Assembly: GCA_965248695.1 (NCBI GenBank)
Contig: CBDFKD010000002.1
Coordinates: forward strand, 2,688,001-2,752,000
DNA from: Acidobacteriota bacterium
GTDB lineage: Bacteria; Acidobacteriota; UBA890; WLXD01
Length of the DNA stretch: 64,000 nucleotides
Direction of reading: 5' to 3'
The notes beneath the pieces were generated by a model. That model was not told the origin of the DNA, made no database searches, and saw nothing but the letters and a program-made list of their open reading frames with translations. Within the stretch, counting starts at the first letter, position 1; each line of letters begins with the position of its first letter. Positions 40,485 to 52,095 of the stretch are shown here, in pieces. Both the position numbers and the translations under genes were made by a program.

Positions 40485-42705
40485 GGTACTGTCAAGTTAA
40501 CAACGCGAGATCGGAGCCGGGCGAGCTGAGGGCCTGGAACCGGGGGGTTGCCCTAGGCGATGACTACCTCTGTCCAGGTCCCAAAGGCGCGAGCCCGAAG
40601 CAACCGGTGGTTCGCGGATCGTAGTCGGTGCCGGCTCAGGTTGAAGAGATTCCGGACACCACCGTGCACCGACAAGAACTGCTGCGCCTGAGCAGCGGAT
40701 TTGAACCTGCGCAGAGTTATTTGCAAATGTTGTGGATCGGTGGATTTGTTCAGGCGGCGTCTTCGCTAGCGATCAGGTGAACTCCATCGACGAATGTGGC
40801 GCCCTCGAGTACGAGGGCAGTGAGGTGAGGAGCGTTGATGCGGCGCCATCGTTGCTGTGCCATCTCCAGGAGCTTGAATGCCATCGTCAGCGCCTTGGTG
40901 CGTGAGCCGGCGCCCTTGGTGACGCGTTGTCTCAGGCGTACGGTGGCGAACGCCGACTCGATCGGGTTGGCCGTGCGCAGATGAACCCAGTGGTCGGCGG
41001 GGAAGTCGTAGAACGTCAGCAGCTTGTCGGAGTCGCGTTGCAACGACGCCACGGCCTTGGAGTACTTGGCGCCGTAGTCGGCTGCGAACCGCGCCATGCC
41101 CTCCTGAGCATCCTCGCGCGTTGGCGCACCGATGATCTCGTGCAGCGCGCGCTTGGCTTTGGCCTGCAGCCGCCTCGGTAGCTTGTCGAGCACGTTGCCA
41201 AGCCGATGCACCCAGCATCGTTGCTCTCGAGTCTGGGGCCATACATCCCGCACCGCCGCCCAGAACCCCAGCGCCCCATCACCCACTGCCACGAGCGGCG
41301 CCCGCATGCCTCGACGCTTCAGCTCCCGGAGCACGAACGCCCAGCTCTCGGTGCTCTCTCGATACCCGTCCTCGACCGCGATGAGCTCCTTGGTTCCGTC
41401 CGGCAAAACGCCCAGGATCACCAGCGTGCACAGCCGATCATCCTCGAGTCGAATGTTGAAGTGCACACCGTCCGCCCACACGTATACGTACTGCTTGGTG
41501 GACAGATCCAGCTTCCGGAATGCCTCGTACTCCGTGCTCCAGGCGTTCGTCAGCCGGCAGATCGCCGATGCCGACAGCCCGCTGGCTTCCTGTCCCAGTA
41601 AGATCGGCAGCGCCTCCTTGAAGTCGCCCGTCGACAGGCCCCGCAGGTACAGCACCGGCAGCACCTCCGCCACCTTCGGCGAGCGCCGCATGTAGGGCGG
41701 CAGGATCCGACTGCTGAACCGCTGCCTCAGTCCCTGCTCGTCGAGCCGCTTGTCGTTGACCCGTGGCGCGGCTACTTGCACCGTCCCGCACCCCAACGTG
41801 ATCTTGCGTGCGCGAGCCCGACCGTTGCGTACCACTTGCCGACGGCCGGCTTCATCCAGTTGCCCGGCGTGGCTCTGGATATACTCCTGAACCTCCCACT
41901 CCAGTGCTGTTGCCAGCATCTGCAGCGCGCCCTGCCGGGCGAGCTCATCGACGTCCAGTGTCAGCTGTCCTTCCTCCGCGTCCGATCCACCGATAATCTT
42001 GAGCACGGGTGGCGTCTCCTTCCCGGCCTCCACAGCCGGCTGCTGGTTGTTGATGATCCCAGCGAAGGTTACGCTGCCTTTCTTTTTCCTCCCATCCACA
42101 ACTTCCGGTTATATCTCACCTGCGCATCTGCCTCTCTCTTTGCCGGGTCGGCTGATGCGAGACCTCTGCTCGGTTGTTCGCGTAGCACGCTGTGACACGC
42201 TCCACGGAAGGCATCATACTCCTGTGCGCCGCCCCGTAGCTTCTAAGCTTGTCGGTGATCAACCATCGAGGTTCGCTCCCCTGCCCCTTCAACAGCTTGC
42301 GAAAGAAACGCTTGGCAGCGTAGGCGTTGCGACGTCGTTGGACCAAGATGTCGATTACGTCGCCCGTCTTGATCGACTGCACGCCACAGATAGTGGCGTT
42401 CCCCGCGTATCGTGACGAACACCTCGTCCAGAAACCACGTGTCACCCAGCCGGCCGTGCCGACGCCGTAGCCTAGCCGCATACTTGGGCCCGAACTTGAC
42501 GCACCAGCACCGGATTGCCTCGTGCGAGACCGTCACACCTCGCTTCGCCAAGAGATCCTCGACGTCGCGAAAGCTCAAGCTGAACCGGTGATATAGCCAC
42601 ACGGCGTGGCTGATGATCCCTGGCGGAAAGCGATGTCGATGGTAGCGCTGCCGATCGTTGCTCATCACCGGACTGTGCCAGGCTGCCGGTTAACTTGACA
42701 GTACC
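40485..42705 (-). mobile_element. IS6-family element interrupted by IS256
   Basis: IRs GGTACTGTCAAGTTAA (40485-40500) / TTAACTTGACAGTACC (42690-42705); HRFPPGIISHAVWLY, LDEVFV, YLWRAVD, ITDKL, NNRAE; frameshift near 42362. Confidence 0.92.
40714..42117 (-). mobile_element. IS256-family element, copy 2, with 9-bp target duplication
   Basis: Same length and transposase as copy 1; ACCTGCGCA at 40705-40713 and 42118-42126. Confidence 0.96.
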
Positions 42706-42905
42706 TGCCTGAACCCGCATCTGTTCCTGTCGATCGAAGATGCGCGTCAGAAGCTCAAGGCCTGGAGGATCGACTACAACGACCAACGACCCCACAGCTC
42801 CCTGGCCGACCGAACTCCTACGGAGTTCGCCAGGGGCTGGCAGCTGAGGGCCGCGGAAGCGCCGAGTGTCCACCTCTGACTGGGTCAGAAACCGGGGGCA
42901 GGTCA
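42706..42905 (+). mobile_element. IS3-family right-end fragment
   Basis: [28 protein letters not shown], then IRR ending GGGGCAGGTCA. Confidence 0.85.
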
Positions 42906-42956
42906 GAGCCTCAAATCCTAACTCTCAGACTGGCCCGACTATTGGCGGGCAGGTCA
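42906..42956 (-). mobile_element. 51-bp remnant of the IS3 left end or miniature element seen at 25287 and 29789
   Basis: Reverse complement of TGACCTGCCC...CAGTCTGAGAGTTAGGATTTGAGGCTC with two mismatches. Confidence 0.85.
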
Positions 42957-43096
42957 ACGACGTATCAAAGCTGCTCGGGTCGAGCGAGGACCACTTTCCA
43001 GTTGAGTTTGAGCCGCGTGCGGAAACGCTTGCCACCGGGGACTTGGCGTCCGGTCTGGTGCTCGGACAAAGTGTAGATATCTCGCATGCAGGTCAC

Positions 43097-44560
43097 CTAG
43101 CGTATATACCCGAGCGCGCGTAGTTGCTCTAGCAACGTTTCGTTCAGTTTTACGCTTCTGTCGCGCCCGCTGCGACCTTTGGTGACTGTGTCGTCCGTGA
43201 TCTCATGCAGTTGCGCATGCATTTGATAGGAGAGATCGCGATTTATATAGTGCACATCGGTAGTTTCACCGGGATCGAGTTCAAGTTGGTAAAGTTCCGT
43301 GTGACCGGTTCCGATGTCCGTCCAAATTTTCCACGGCCAGGCGATTGCTGCCTTTTTCTCAGTGCCATACAGCGTGCCCTCGGCTACGAGGAACCGGTCG
43401 AAGAAGCTTGACGAAGCACCAGGGGAACGCGGCCCCTTGGTGAGTACCGGCCAAAGCGAAACGCCGGCGCTACAGCCCCAGCGATGGCGGCCTCGCTGTG
43501 CTGCGCGCGCGCATGTTCTACCGTTAGGCAATGAGAACGCAGCTGCTTCAAGTAACGTCGGGAAGATATCGAGAGTCGTCACCGGCAGCGCATAGCGTCC
43601 AGGCTCTATTCTTGGCCCCCATACGATAAACGGAACCCGCAGCAGTTCATTGAACATCGTGTTCCCGTGTCCAATGCCGCTGTTGTGGTCGTTGAACGAT
43701 TCGCCGTGATCAGAGGTAACAATAACGATTGATCGGTCCCACAATTCCTGCTCTTCTAACGCAACGAAAAAGCGTTCGAGTTCGTAATCAGTGAACGCGA
43801 TTTCCTCATCGTAACGATCCAGGACTTCACGTACACTGCCTTGTTCAACGTTTTCCATAAAGCGGCCGAAGAACGGCGGTGGCGCCTTATAGGGCTCGTG
43901 CGGATCGATGAGGTGAACAACAAGAAAGAAGGGCTGCTGCGTGTCTTTGCGGGCCTCAAGCCAGTCAATCGCGAGATTCACAGTGGTATCGGCAGTGCGC
44001 GAGTTCGGTGCCTTGGCAAAAAAGTTGTAGTGGTCAAAGCCCTTTTCGAAACCAAATTCCGGCGCTAAGAAAGTATTGCTAACGATAGCTGTTGCAGCGT
44101 AGCCGACACTACGTAAAATTTGTGCGCTCGTAGGCAACCCCGGATCGAGCTTGACAAATAACTTGTTGCCTTTTCTTAGTAAGTCATCAACCTCAAGTTT
44201 GAGGGCATCAACCTCATTTGGCCTTGAGTTGGTCATGCCGTGAGCGACGATACCCGCGCCATGTCGTGTCGGTAGATGACCGGTGAACATCGAGCCCATT
44301 GCGGGCGCTGTCCATGACGAGGACGAAAACGCACGCTCAAACACAGCCGCATTACGCGCGCGCTCATCAAGGAAGGGCGAGGTAGGTCGTTCGTAACCGT
44401 AGGTGCCGAGGTGGTCGGCACGTAGCGTGTCAACGACGATCAGAATGATGGCAGGACGGTCGTCGCCAATTTCACCACCGCAGGTAGCGAGTGCGAGGCC
44501 TAATATCGCAGTCGCTATCAGCAAGAGTAAGCAACTGCCTAAGGTCAGGGATTTTCTCAC
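43097..44560 (-). CDS. Sulfatase-family (alkaline phosphatase superfamily) protein, probable lipoprotein
   Basis: IILIVVDTLRADHLG.YGYER.TSP, SWTAPAMGSMFTG, PHEPY, TSDHGE, ELYQLELDPGE; lower GC. Confidence 0.9.
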   Translation of the reverse strand: MRKSLTLGSCLLLLIATAILGLALATCGGEIGDDRPAIILIVVDTLRADHLGTYGYERPTSPFLDERARNAAVFERAFSSSSWTAPAMGSMFTGHLPTRHGAGIVAHGMTNSRPNEVDALKLEVDDLLRKGNKLFVKLDPGLPTSAQILRSVGYAATAIVSNTFLAPEFGFEKGFDHYNFFAKAPNSRTADTTVNLAIDWLEARKDTQQPFFLVVHLIDPHEPYKAPPPFFGRFMENVEQGSVREVLDRYDEEIAFTDYELERFFVALEEQELWDRSIVIVTSDHGESFNDHNSGIGHGNTMFNELLRVPFIVWGPRIEPGRYALPVTTLDIFPTLLEAAAFSLPNGRTCARAAQRGRHRWGCSAGVSLWPVLTKGPRSPGASSSFFDRFLVAEGTLYGTEKKAAIAWPWKIWTDIGTGHTELYQLELDPGETTDVHYINRDLSYQMHAQLHEITDDTVTKGRSGRDRSVKLNETLLEQLRALGYIR

Positions 44561-44613
44561 GTTGTAATATCCAGTGTATTGGAGAGGGGCGGTTACGAGA
44601 AGATGTTCAACCC

Positions 44614-44663
44614 TGACCTGCCCCCGGTTTCTGACCCAGTCAGAGGTGGACACTCGGCGCTTC
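44614..44663 (-). mobile_element. 50-bp IS3 right-end remnant, inverted copy of the end at ~42856-42905
   Basis: TGACCTGCCCCCGGTTTCTGACCCAGTCAGAGGTGGACACTCGGCGCTTC. Confidence 0.85.
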
Positions 44664-45790
44664 TGACCTGCCCCCCAAAGCTGGACACATCAAAACGAGA
44701 AAATCTCGGGGTATGAGTGCTCATCCTTCGGCAACCTGTTGGAGCTGTTGGACATACACAGCCGGAGCTAGATATCCCAAGGAAGAATGCGGTCTCGTTT
44801 CGTTGTACTCCCGGCGCCACCCCTCCAGCTGTTCCTGGGCCTCAGAGAGGCTCAGGAACCAGCTCTGGCTCAGACACTCGTCCCTGAGTTTGCCGTTGAA
44901 GCTCTCGATCCATGCATTCTCCACCGGCTTGCCCGGCCGGATGAACTCTAGCTGCACGCCGTGGCGGTACGCCCACGAGTCCATCGCCTGGGAGTAGAAC
45001 TCCGAGCCGTTGTCGACGGTGATGATCCTCGGTAGCGACCGCTGCAGCGAGAGCCGCTCGAGCACCTGCGCGACCCGCTGCCCGGTCATTGACACCCCGG
45101 CCTCCAGCACGGGGCACTCGTGGCTGAAGTGGTCCACGACCGTCAGCACCCGGAAGTAGCGGCCACTGTCCAGTCGGTCCGTGATGAAGTCCATGCTCCA
45201 GCGCTCGTTCGGCGCACTGGCGGCCGGCAGCGATACCCGCGTGTGGCTCGCCCGCTTGCGGCGGCGTTTCACCCGGATCGACAGCTCCTCCTGCCGATAC
45301 AGTCGGTAGATGCGCTTGTGGTTCACCTGCCAGCCTTCTCGTCTCAACATCACCCACAATCGTCGGTATCCGAACCGCGGTCTCGCCGCCGCGAGCTCTC
45401 GGAGCCGCTTCCGGAGCACTGGATCATCCTGCTTGCGGCTCTGGTACCGATGGCTCGAACGTCCGAACCGGATCAGCCTGCACGCTCGCCTCTCGCTGAT
45501 CTCGAATGCCTCTCTGAGGCATCTCACGAGCCGGCGTTTGCGTACAGCTGCCGCAGCTCTGCCACGCCCATGCCGGCGAACTTCCGCCGCCACGCGTAGA
45601 ACGTCTGCGGCGCCACCCCCATCTTCCGGCAGATCTCCCGCACCGGCGTCCCCGCCTCCGCCTGCCTCAGCGCGTACGCGATCTGCTCGTCCGTGTACCT
45701 CTTCTTCTTCATCCGTCCTCCCGGTTCGAGGACTACGGTACACGCCGATGTGTCAACCTCCACCCGGACCAGTTTTCGGGGTTTGGGTCA
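44664..45790 (-). mobile_element. IS3-family element with a deletion at the orfA/orfB junction
   Basis: Ends TGACCTGCCCCCC / GGGTTTGGGTCA; orfA MKKKRYTDEQIAYALRQ lacks its leucine-zipper tail; orfB DDE motifs present. Confidence 0.9.
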
Positions 45791-46077
45791 GTTTGGTCAC
45801 GTGCACCGGGGAGTGTCGGGACACTGTGCCGTCAGCCAGTTCGCCTTTTGCCGATATTTAGACTCTACTGCTCTCCAATCGGGCTGTGCCAGCGGCCTTC
45901 GACTCGCGCTTGCCTAACATTTTACTACAGTTGGCAACCTTTCGTTACTCCACGTGTCGAACCTGCTCGGTCCGGCGATAGGGAGATTTTCGTCGGGGGG
46001 GGGGGGACGAATCACTCTTCCGCCGCGAGACACCGATCTGCCAGATTCTCGGACCCTGATAACTCCATAGCTGCTGG

Positions 46078-47037
46078 TCAGAAGTGATACTTCATGTTAA
46101 GGCTGATTCCCCAGAACTGAATGTCACGCGTCTTTACATAGTAGGTAACGGGGACCGGCGGGTTACCGGCTACCGACGCATGATCGCGGAGAGAATCATA
46201 TGCTGACTCGCCATCGAATTCACGGAAACTCGCCCATCGGAACTTGAGCCCGAGGGTGACCAGATCGTTGACCGGATAATCCAGGCCCGCCACCGCCTGG
46301 TAGCCGAGCAGCGGATCCGACAATTTAGCTCTGTCAGTAGTGATCGTGCCGGCAATTTCCCGGTTTAACGCCTGGGCTGTCGCCAGCGCATCACCACTCA
46401 ACCCCTCGGTATCGAATACCGTGATGTTCTCGGGGTCACTCGTCCGGTGCCAGAGAGTCCGGTACGCAAGCGAGACTTTCGCAAAGCCGACTCCAATCCC
46501 CAGATACGGCGTAAACTTCGAATCAGAGCGAAAGTCGTAGTACATGTTGGCAAAAACGTTGTGCGACAATACGTCATCGACTCCATCCATGACAGTCTGG
46601 AATCCCGGATCCGTGCCGGGGTTATAGTTTGTTGCGGAATCATAGGGAACATCCGTGCTCTCATGGGTTGCGCTGCGATAGAAATATTCGCCCTCCGCCC
46701 TGAAGTTCCCCAAGCGATACCCCAAGGCCAAACCAGCCAGGATTCCCCTGCCGCCATCAAACGACTCGTCCATAGGGCCCCAAGCTGAGGGGGCATTGCC
46801 ACATGCTCCTTCTTCTACCTGAAAACCGTCTGGGTTTATGGTCTTGTCGCATCGGATCGCTGAATGCGCCGCATCCGCACTTGATACCCAATCATCCAGT
46901 CCCCCGGTCTTCACGTCCATTTCCGGAGCTACCGCAACCCCCAGGTCAATCCCCATGTACCAGCCGTCCTGGGCCAACACCGGGCCGGAGGAGACCACCA
47001 AAGCGATCACCAGGAGGACGAGCAAGAGTTTCTTCAT
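46078..47037 (-). CDS. Outer-membrane beta-barrel protein (opacity/Msp4-like)
   Basis: Signal peptide; GWYMGIDLG, FRAEGEY, FANMYYDF, FTPYLGIGVG, C-terminal MKYHF. Confidence 0.85.
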   Translation of the reverse strand: MKKLLLVLLVIALVVSSGPVLAQDGWYMGIDLGVAVAPEMDVKTGGLDDWVSSADAAHSAIRCDKTINPDGFQVEEGACGNAPSAWGPMDESFDGGRGILAGLALGYRLGNFRAEGEYFYRSATHESTDVPYDSATNYNPGTDPGFQTVMDGVDDVLSHNVFANMYYDFRSDSKFTPYLGIGVGFAKVSLAYRTLWHRTSDPENITVFDTEGLSGDALATAQALNREIAGTITTDRAKLSDPLLGYQAVAGLDYPVNDLVTLGLKFRWASFREFDGESAYDSLRDHASVAGNPPVPVTYYVKTRDIQFWGISLNMKYHF

Positions 47038-47481
47038 GATGCCACCCCTCTTTACTTTTCGATTCGGAATTTCCTAGTTTAAGGTCTTTACTAGCTGTCT
47101 TCCCATCGGGTCTATTCGATCTCGTACTGAGACGAAAACCTTATTGGCTTAGAGGACAGAAAGTCGATGGACATCGTAGAGATCTTCGAGCGGTTCCCAA
47201 CCCAGGAAGATTGCATCGCTCATATGGAGCATTCCCGCTGGGGCAACAAGCCCGTCTGCCCCTATTGTGGCTCTCTCAACACCGCTCCCTGCGAGCATCG
47301 GCACCGCTGCTACGACTGCATCACTTCGTTCAGCGTAACTGTCGGCACGATCTTCCACCACACGCACTTGCCGCTTCAGAAGTGGTTCCTGGCGATCATG
47401 CTCATGCTGAACGACAAGAAAGGGCTCTCGGCACTTCAGCTGTCCCGCGATCTGAACGTGAACAAAAACACTGCTTGGCGC

Positions 47482-50112
47482 TGACCTGACCCCCGAAAAC
47501 GGATCCGGATGTAATCTCACGATCTGGGTCAAGAACGGGAGGTCAGAATGCCGAGTAAGAGGCACAGCGCCGAGCAGATCGTACGCAAGCTCCGGGAGGC
47601 TGAGGTGGAGCTGGCTCGAGGGGCGACGGTCAAGGATGCCTGCCGCAAGCTAGCAATCACCGAGCACACCTACTACCGGTGGCGGCGAGAGTACGGCGGA
47701 CTGAAGCTCAACCAGGCCAGAAAGCTCAAGCAACTGGAGAAGGAGAATGCCCGGCTCAAGAGGCTGGTGGCGGAAAAGGAACTCGACCTGTCGATCCTGA
47801 AGGAAGTGGCGGAGGGAAACTTCTGAGCCCAGCTCGGCGGCGAGAGGCGGTGGCACATGTACGGGGGCGGCTGGGCGTCTCGGAGAGGCGGGCGTGTCGG
47901 GTACTGAAACAACCACGCACGACACACCGGTACGTGCCAAGAGAGCCGCAACAGGAGCAGATTTTGACGGAGCGGATCGTGGATTTAGCCCGACAGTACG
48001 GGCGCTACGGATATCGGAGGGTGACAGCGTTGCTGCGCATGGAGGGCTGGTCCGTGAACCACAAACGAGTGCAGCGTATCTGGCGGCGCGAAGGGCTGAA
48101 AGTACCGAGAAAACAGCCCAAACGAGCACGGCTGTGGCTGAGCGATGGCTCCTGCATCCGGCTGCGCCCACAGCACCGGGATCATGTCTGGGCGTATGAC
48201 TTCCTGCACCACCGGACGCACGACGGTCGGGCTATGAGGCTGCTGACGATCGTCGATGAGTACACACGAGAAAGCCTGGCGATCCATGTAGCGGATGTGC
48301 CCCGAATGTCGTGGAAATTGGATGAGCGTCTCCTCCGCGACGACGGATGATCCTATCGGTTAGGCGGCCTGTTTGTCGGGGCCGCACGTGAGCTGAGCCA
48401 AGAACCGGTGGCCATCGATGCGTCGCATGCGGATCTGGCCGAAGGCGACCAGGCTCCACAGCAACGTCACCCCAGCGGCCTCGGTCGAGAACGAGCCCTG
48501 CGTCTTGGTACGACGACGGAACTCCCGGTTCAGGTTCTCGAGGGCGTTGGTGGTGCGCAGCGTCTTCCACATCGGCTTCGGGAACTGGTAGAAAGTCAGC
48601 AGGTTCAAGCCGGCCTCCTGCAGGCTCCGGGCCACGGCGGGCACGAGGGTCGACCACTTGCGTACGAAGGCGGCGTAGGCGGCTCTGGCCTGGTTGCCGT
48701 CATCGGCCCGGACGATCGCATCCCAGTCCCGCTTCATCTCCGCACGTGCATGAACCGGGCAGTGGTCGCGTAAGTTGCTCCACTTGTGTTGTGTGCACCG
48801 CTGCACCGACACATCGGGCCATACCTCGATCGCCTTGGCCAGGCCCTTGTGGCCGTCGGCGATCAGCACCTCCGGCGCCTGCAGCCCTCGTCTCACCAGC
48901 GACTCGATCAGTCCTTGCCAGTGCACCGCTGCCTCCGAGACCGCCAACTGCAACGCTACCAACACCTTCTGGCCGTCGGGCTGGACCCCGAGCACCGCCA
49001 GTACCGGCGCCGACACGACCCGCCTCGCCAGCCTGACCTTCAGATGGAACCCGTCCAAATACAGGATCCAGTACCGCTCGCCTGACACATCTCGCTGTCT
49101 CCAGCGCTCGAAGTACGCCTTCAGGCGCCCCACCACCCTGGAGATCGTGCTCTTGGTCAGGTGCGCCTTGCCCAGCAGCGGAGAGAGCGCCTTGCGGATC
49201 CGCCGGGTGTTGGCTCCCGCCAGGTATGCTCCCAGGATCGCCTCGTCCACCTGCCGGGCTCGCCGTGCGTACCGTGGCAGGATCGCGCTGCGGAACTCTC
49301 GGGTGCTGCCGTCTTGCCCCACGATGCGCCCCCGCGGTATGTCCAGCTCCTGGAGCCCTTGGGCTGTCGTCACCCGACGCCTTTGGCTGCCGTTGCGGTA
49401 GCCTCGCCGCTGCCCGTTGCGCTCGTATCGGTCGCAACCCAGCGCCTCGGTGAGCTCCTCGTCAAGCGTCATCTGGATCGCCTCGCGGATCCTGGTGCGC
49501 AACAGCGCCTGTACGTCCTGCCGGAACTCGACGAGCCCGGTTCCCTCCGTGCTAACCTGCTTCACGGCGTAGCCTCCTGCCGCTCGTGGCGGCTTTGTGT
49601 TTTTCCTACTCGGAGGTTACGCCATCTTTATTTCCACAGGACTCGGGCCGGATCCCATGTAGCACGGAAGCTCAACTCTGAGGACGTGCTGGAGCAGCTC
49701 GGGAGGTTGTTCGTACACCGGGGCATACCTGAGCACATCCGGTCGGATAACGGACCAGAGTTCACCGCCGAGGCGGTTCGCGACTGGCTGGGCCGGTTGG
49801 GCGTGGGGACGCTGTTCATCGAGCCGGGCTCGCCGTGGGAGAACGGTTACGTGGAGAGCTTCAACGGCAAGCTACGCGACGAGCTGCTGGATGGAGAGAT
49901 CTTCTACACGCTCAAGGAGGCAAAGGTTCTGATCGAGAGATGGCGTCAGCACTACAACCGCATGCGACCGCACAGCTCGCTGAGCTATCGGCCGCCCGCA
50001 CCCGAAGCGACGTTGTTGAAGCCGGCTGCGCTCCGCTTCGCCGGCCTCAACAACCTCTTGTCAGCACCGAGTTACTGAGATAAGACATGGTACTAACCGC
50101 GGGGTCAGGTCA
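47482..50112 (+). mobile_element. Complete IS3-family element interrupted by a second IS256 type
   Basis: IRL TGACCTGACCCCCG, IRR CGCGGGGTCAGGTCA; orfA 47548-47826; orfB resumes at 49656. Confidence 0.93.
48293..49655 (-). mobile_element. IS256-family element, second type, with 8-bp target duplication
   Basis: Transposase 48360-49565 (YRNG, LYLDG, QRCTQH, RTTNALENLNREFRRR); CATGTAGC at 48285-48292 and 49656-49663. Confidence 0.95.
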
Positions 50113-50399
50113 TGACGGCCAAGGCTGCTGCCAAAGACAAGATGAAGGGGCGGCACATGCGCGCCTTTGTGCGGGAGCGAATTGACACGTCCAAGGCCAG
50201 CCTGATCCGGAGAGGGAGACGGAAACGGGGACGCGGAAAGGGATCGGGACGTCAGCGACAGCATCGCCCTGGCGATCCGTGGAGGCAAGATCCGGTTCGA
50301 TAGCGTCGATGTCGCCGGCTTCGGCTTCGAGGGAGACCTAGCGTTCGACGAGTACATGCCCCTCGAGGACTGGCGTTACGAGGAGCGATCGCCGGGGTA

Positions 50400-51035
50400 G
50401 TGTGCGACGATACCCTTCCCGGTTCGCGATCTCGTCGTTCCGACCGGTCATCTCCCAGCGAATCAGGGAGATCGGGATCATTCCGGAGCTCCAGAACGCG
50501 TCCATGAAGTCTCGCAAGACGAAGTCGTCGCCGAGCTCGTGGCCGCGCTCCTGGATCAGCCCGTTGATCTGCTGCTTGCCGAGCACCATGCCGGTGTGCC
50601 AACCCGGGGTGCGTAGCGTGGTCTCCATCTCGAACCAGACTTCGTGGCCCCCTTCCACCATCCAGCTGTACGGAGTCTGCTCGTAGCAGAAGCGATTCGC
50701 CTCCGGGAGGGTGAGCTCGTTGGCGTGCATCTTCAGGTCCGCCATGGCGCGTACCGACCGGAACGCGGTGGCGATGTGGACAAGCTCGCGAACGCGGGGG
50801 AACGCGTCGAGCAATCCGACGTTCATGAGCAGCTCCTCGAGGGCGAACGCCTGGCCCTCGGAGCGCACCATGTCGATCTCGAACAGGCGCGCCTGCCCGC
50901 GCAGCGGTCGGTCGTCGTGCCGTCGCCGGAGCTCGTCGAGATTGTGTCCGAGCATGTTGTGGGCCAGCTCGGGTAAGGGGTTGCGGTCACGGTGCTGCTC
51001 GAAGAAATCGGCGACGCCGCCCGGATTGTCGGGCG
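50400..51035 (-). pseudogene. DUF885-like protein C-terminal fragment
   Basis: RAMADLKMH...LGKQQI...LGDDFVLRDFMDAFWSSGMIPISLIRWEMTG; no start; boundaries approximate. Confidence 0.65.
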
Positions 51036-51820
51036 AGGTAACGGTCCAACCGCGCAACAAGGGCGTCACCAACATCGTGCTCGCGAGTCTGGATGAAGAG
51101 ATCGAAGTGAAAGCAGGACAAACCGTTGAGCTGTTCGTCAACTACACCGACCCCAACAACAAGGACGCCCACATCGGGGGCGCGGAGATGATCGTCCCCA
51201 TAGCGGGGACCGATTACACGGCCTGGGACGGTGCCGACGGCGCGGGCAGTCTCATTACCTCCCAGGTTGACCTGTCGAGCACGGAGTTTTCCGGCTCCGA
51301 CTGCAAGATCGTGGCCACCAACAATGCGGCCACGACGGGTTATCTACGCGGCCCCGGCGCCGTGGCCGGCATGCAGGTACGGGGCAGGCCGCTGTATCGG
51401 TACTCTCCCGTATCACGCCGCGGCAAAGGCTCGGCCGACAGCATCACTGACTACGGGGAGCGGTGGTTGCGCATCGACATGCCCTATCAGGACAACGTGG
51501 AGGTGGCGCAAGACGTGGCGAACTTCATCGCCAATCTCCACGACGGGATCCTCAATATCCCGACCGAGGTGGCGCCGATGACCGAGAGGCCGGAGGTGTT
51601 GGCCTCGTGTCTGTCGGTGGATATCGGCTCCAGGGTCAAGGTAACCGAGCAGGAGTCTGGGGTGGATGGCGCGGAATTGTTCGTCAACGGCCTCCGTGGC
51701 CGGGTGCTCAACAACGTCGTGAGCTTGGAGTGGATCGTGGCGCCGGCTGATACGACGGCCGTGTTCATTCTGGATGATCCGGTGGCCGGGATCCTGGACG
51801 CCAACGCACTGGGGTACTGA
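51035..51820 (+). pseudogene. Phage minor tail protein, C-terminal part
   Basis: LSVDIGSRVKVTE and terminal FILDDPVAGILDANALGY; 5' part lost. Confidence 0.65.
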
Positions 51821-52095
51821 TGATGCACCGCTACATACTGGGCATTCGGGACCAGCACTTGGTCGTTGACGAGACCAGGTTGCTTGCCAAGCTCGACCAA
51901 CAGGTCGCCAAGTCACAGCGTCTGGGAGCGCGCATCCAGGTGCACCCGGAGGGCGAGGAGATTGTGGCGTACTGCAACCACGGCCGCTGGGTGGCGGACT
52001 GCCCGTGCGGCGGGGGCGTGGCGGTGGAGCCGGAGTTTGACAAGGCGATGGCAATGCCTCTGAGACCATCGATGGGGCCACCACGTTCGTGGTGA
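51820..52095 (+). CDS. Phage hypothetical protein, probably truncated
   Basis: AYCNHGRWVADCPCGG; TGATG coupling to the upstream gene. Confidence 0.55.
   Translation: MMHRYILGIRDQHLVVDETRLLAKLDQQVAKSQRLGARIQVHPEGEEIVAYCNHGRWVADCPCGGGVAVEPEFDKAMAMPLRPSMGPPRSW

Larger units (their letters stand above)
47167..50205 (+). pseudogene. IS1595-family transposase split and partly deleted by an IS3 insertion
   Basis: N-terminal FPTQEDC..RW...CPYCGS...CYDC..FSVTVGTIF..THLPLQKWF...KNTAWR; probable continuation at 50113 RAFVRERIDTSKASLI. Confidence 0.75.

Noticed and set aside
45994-46007. Intergenic poly-G tract as a phase-variation site
   Set aside because: Lies downstream of the barrel gene with no promoter or ORF clearly affected
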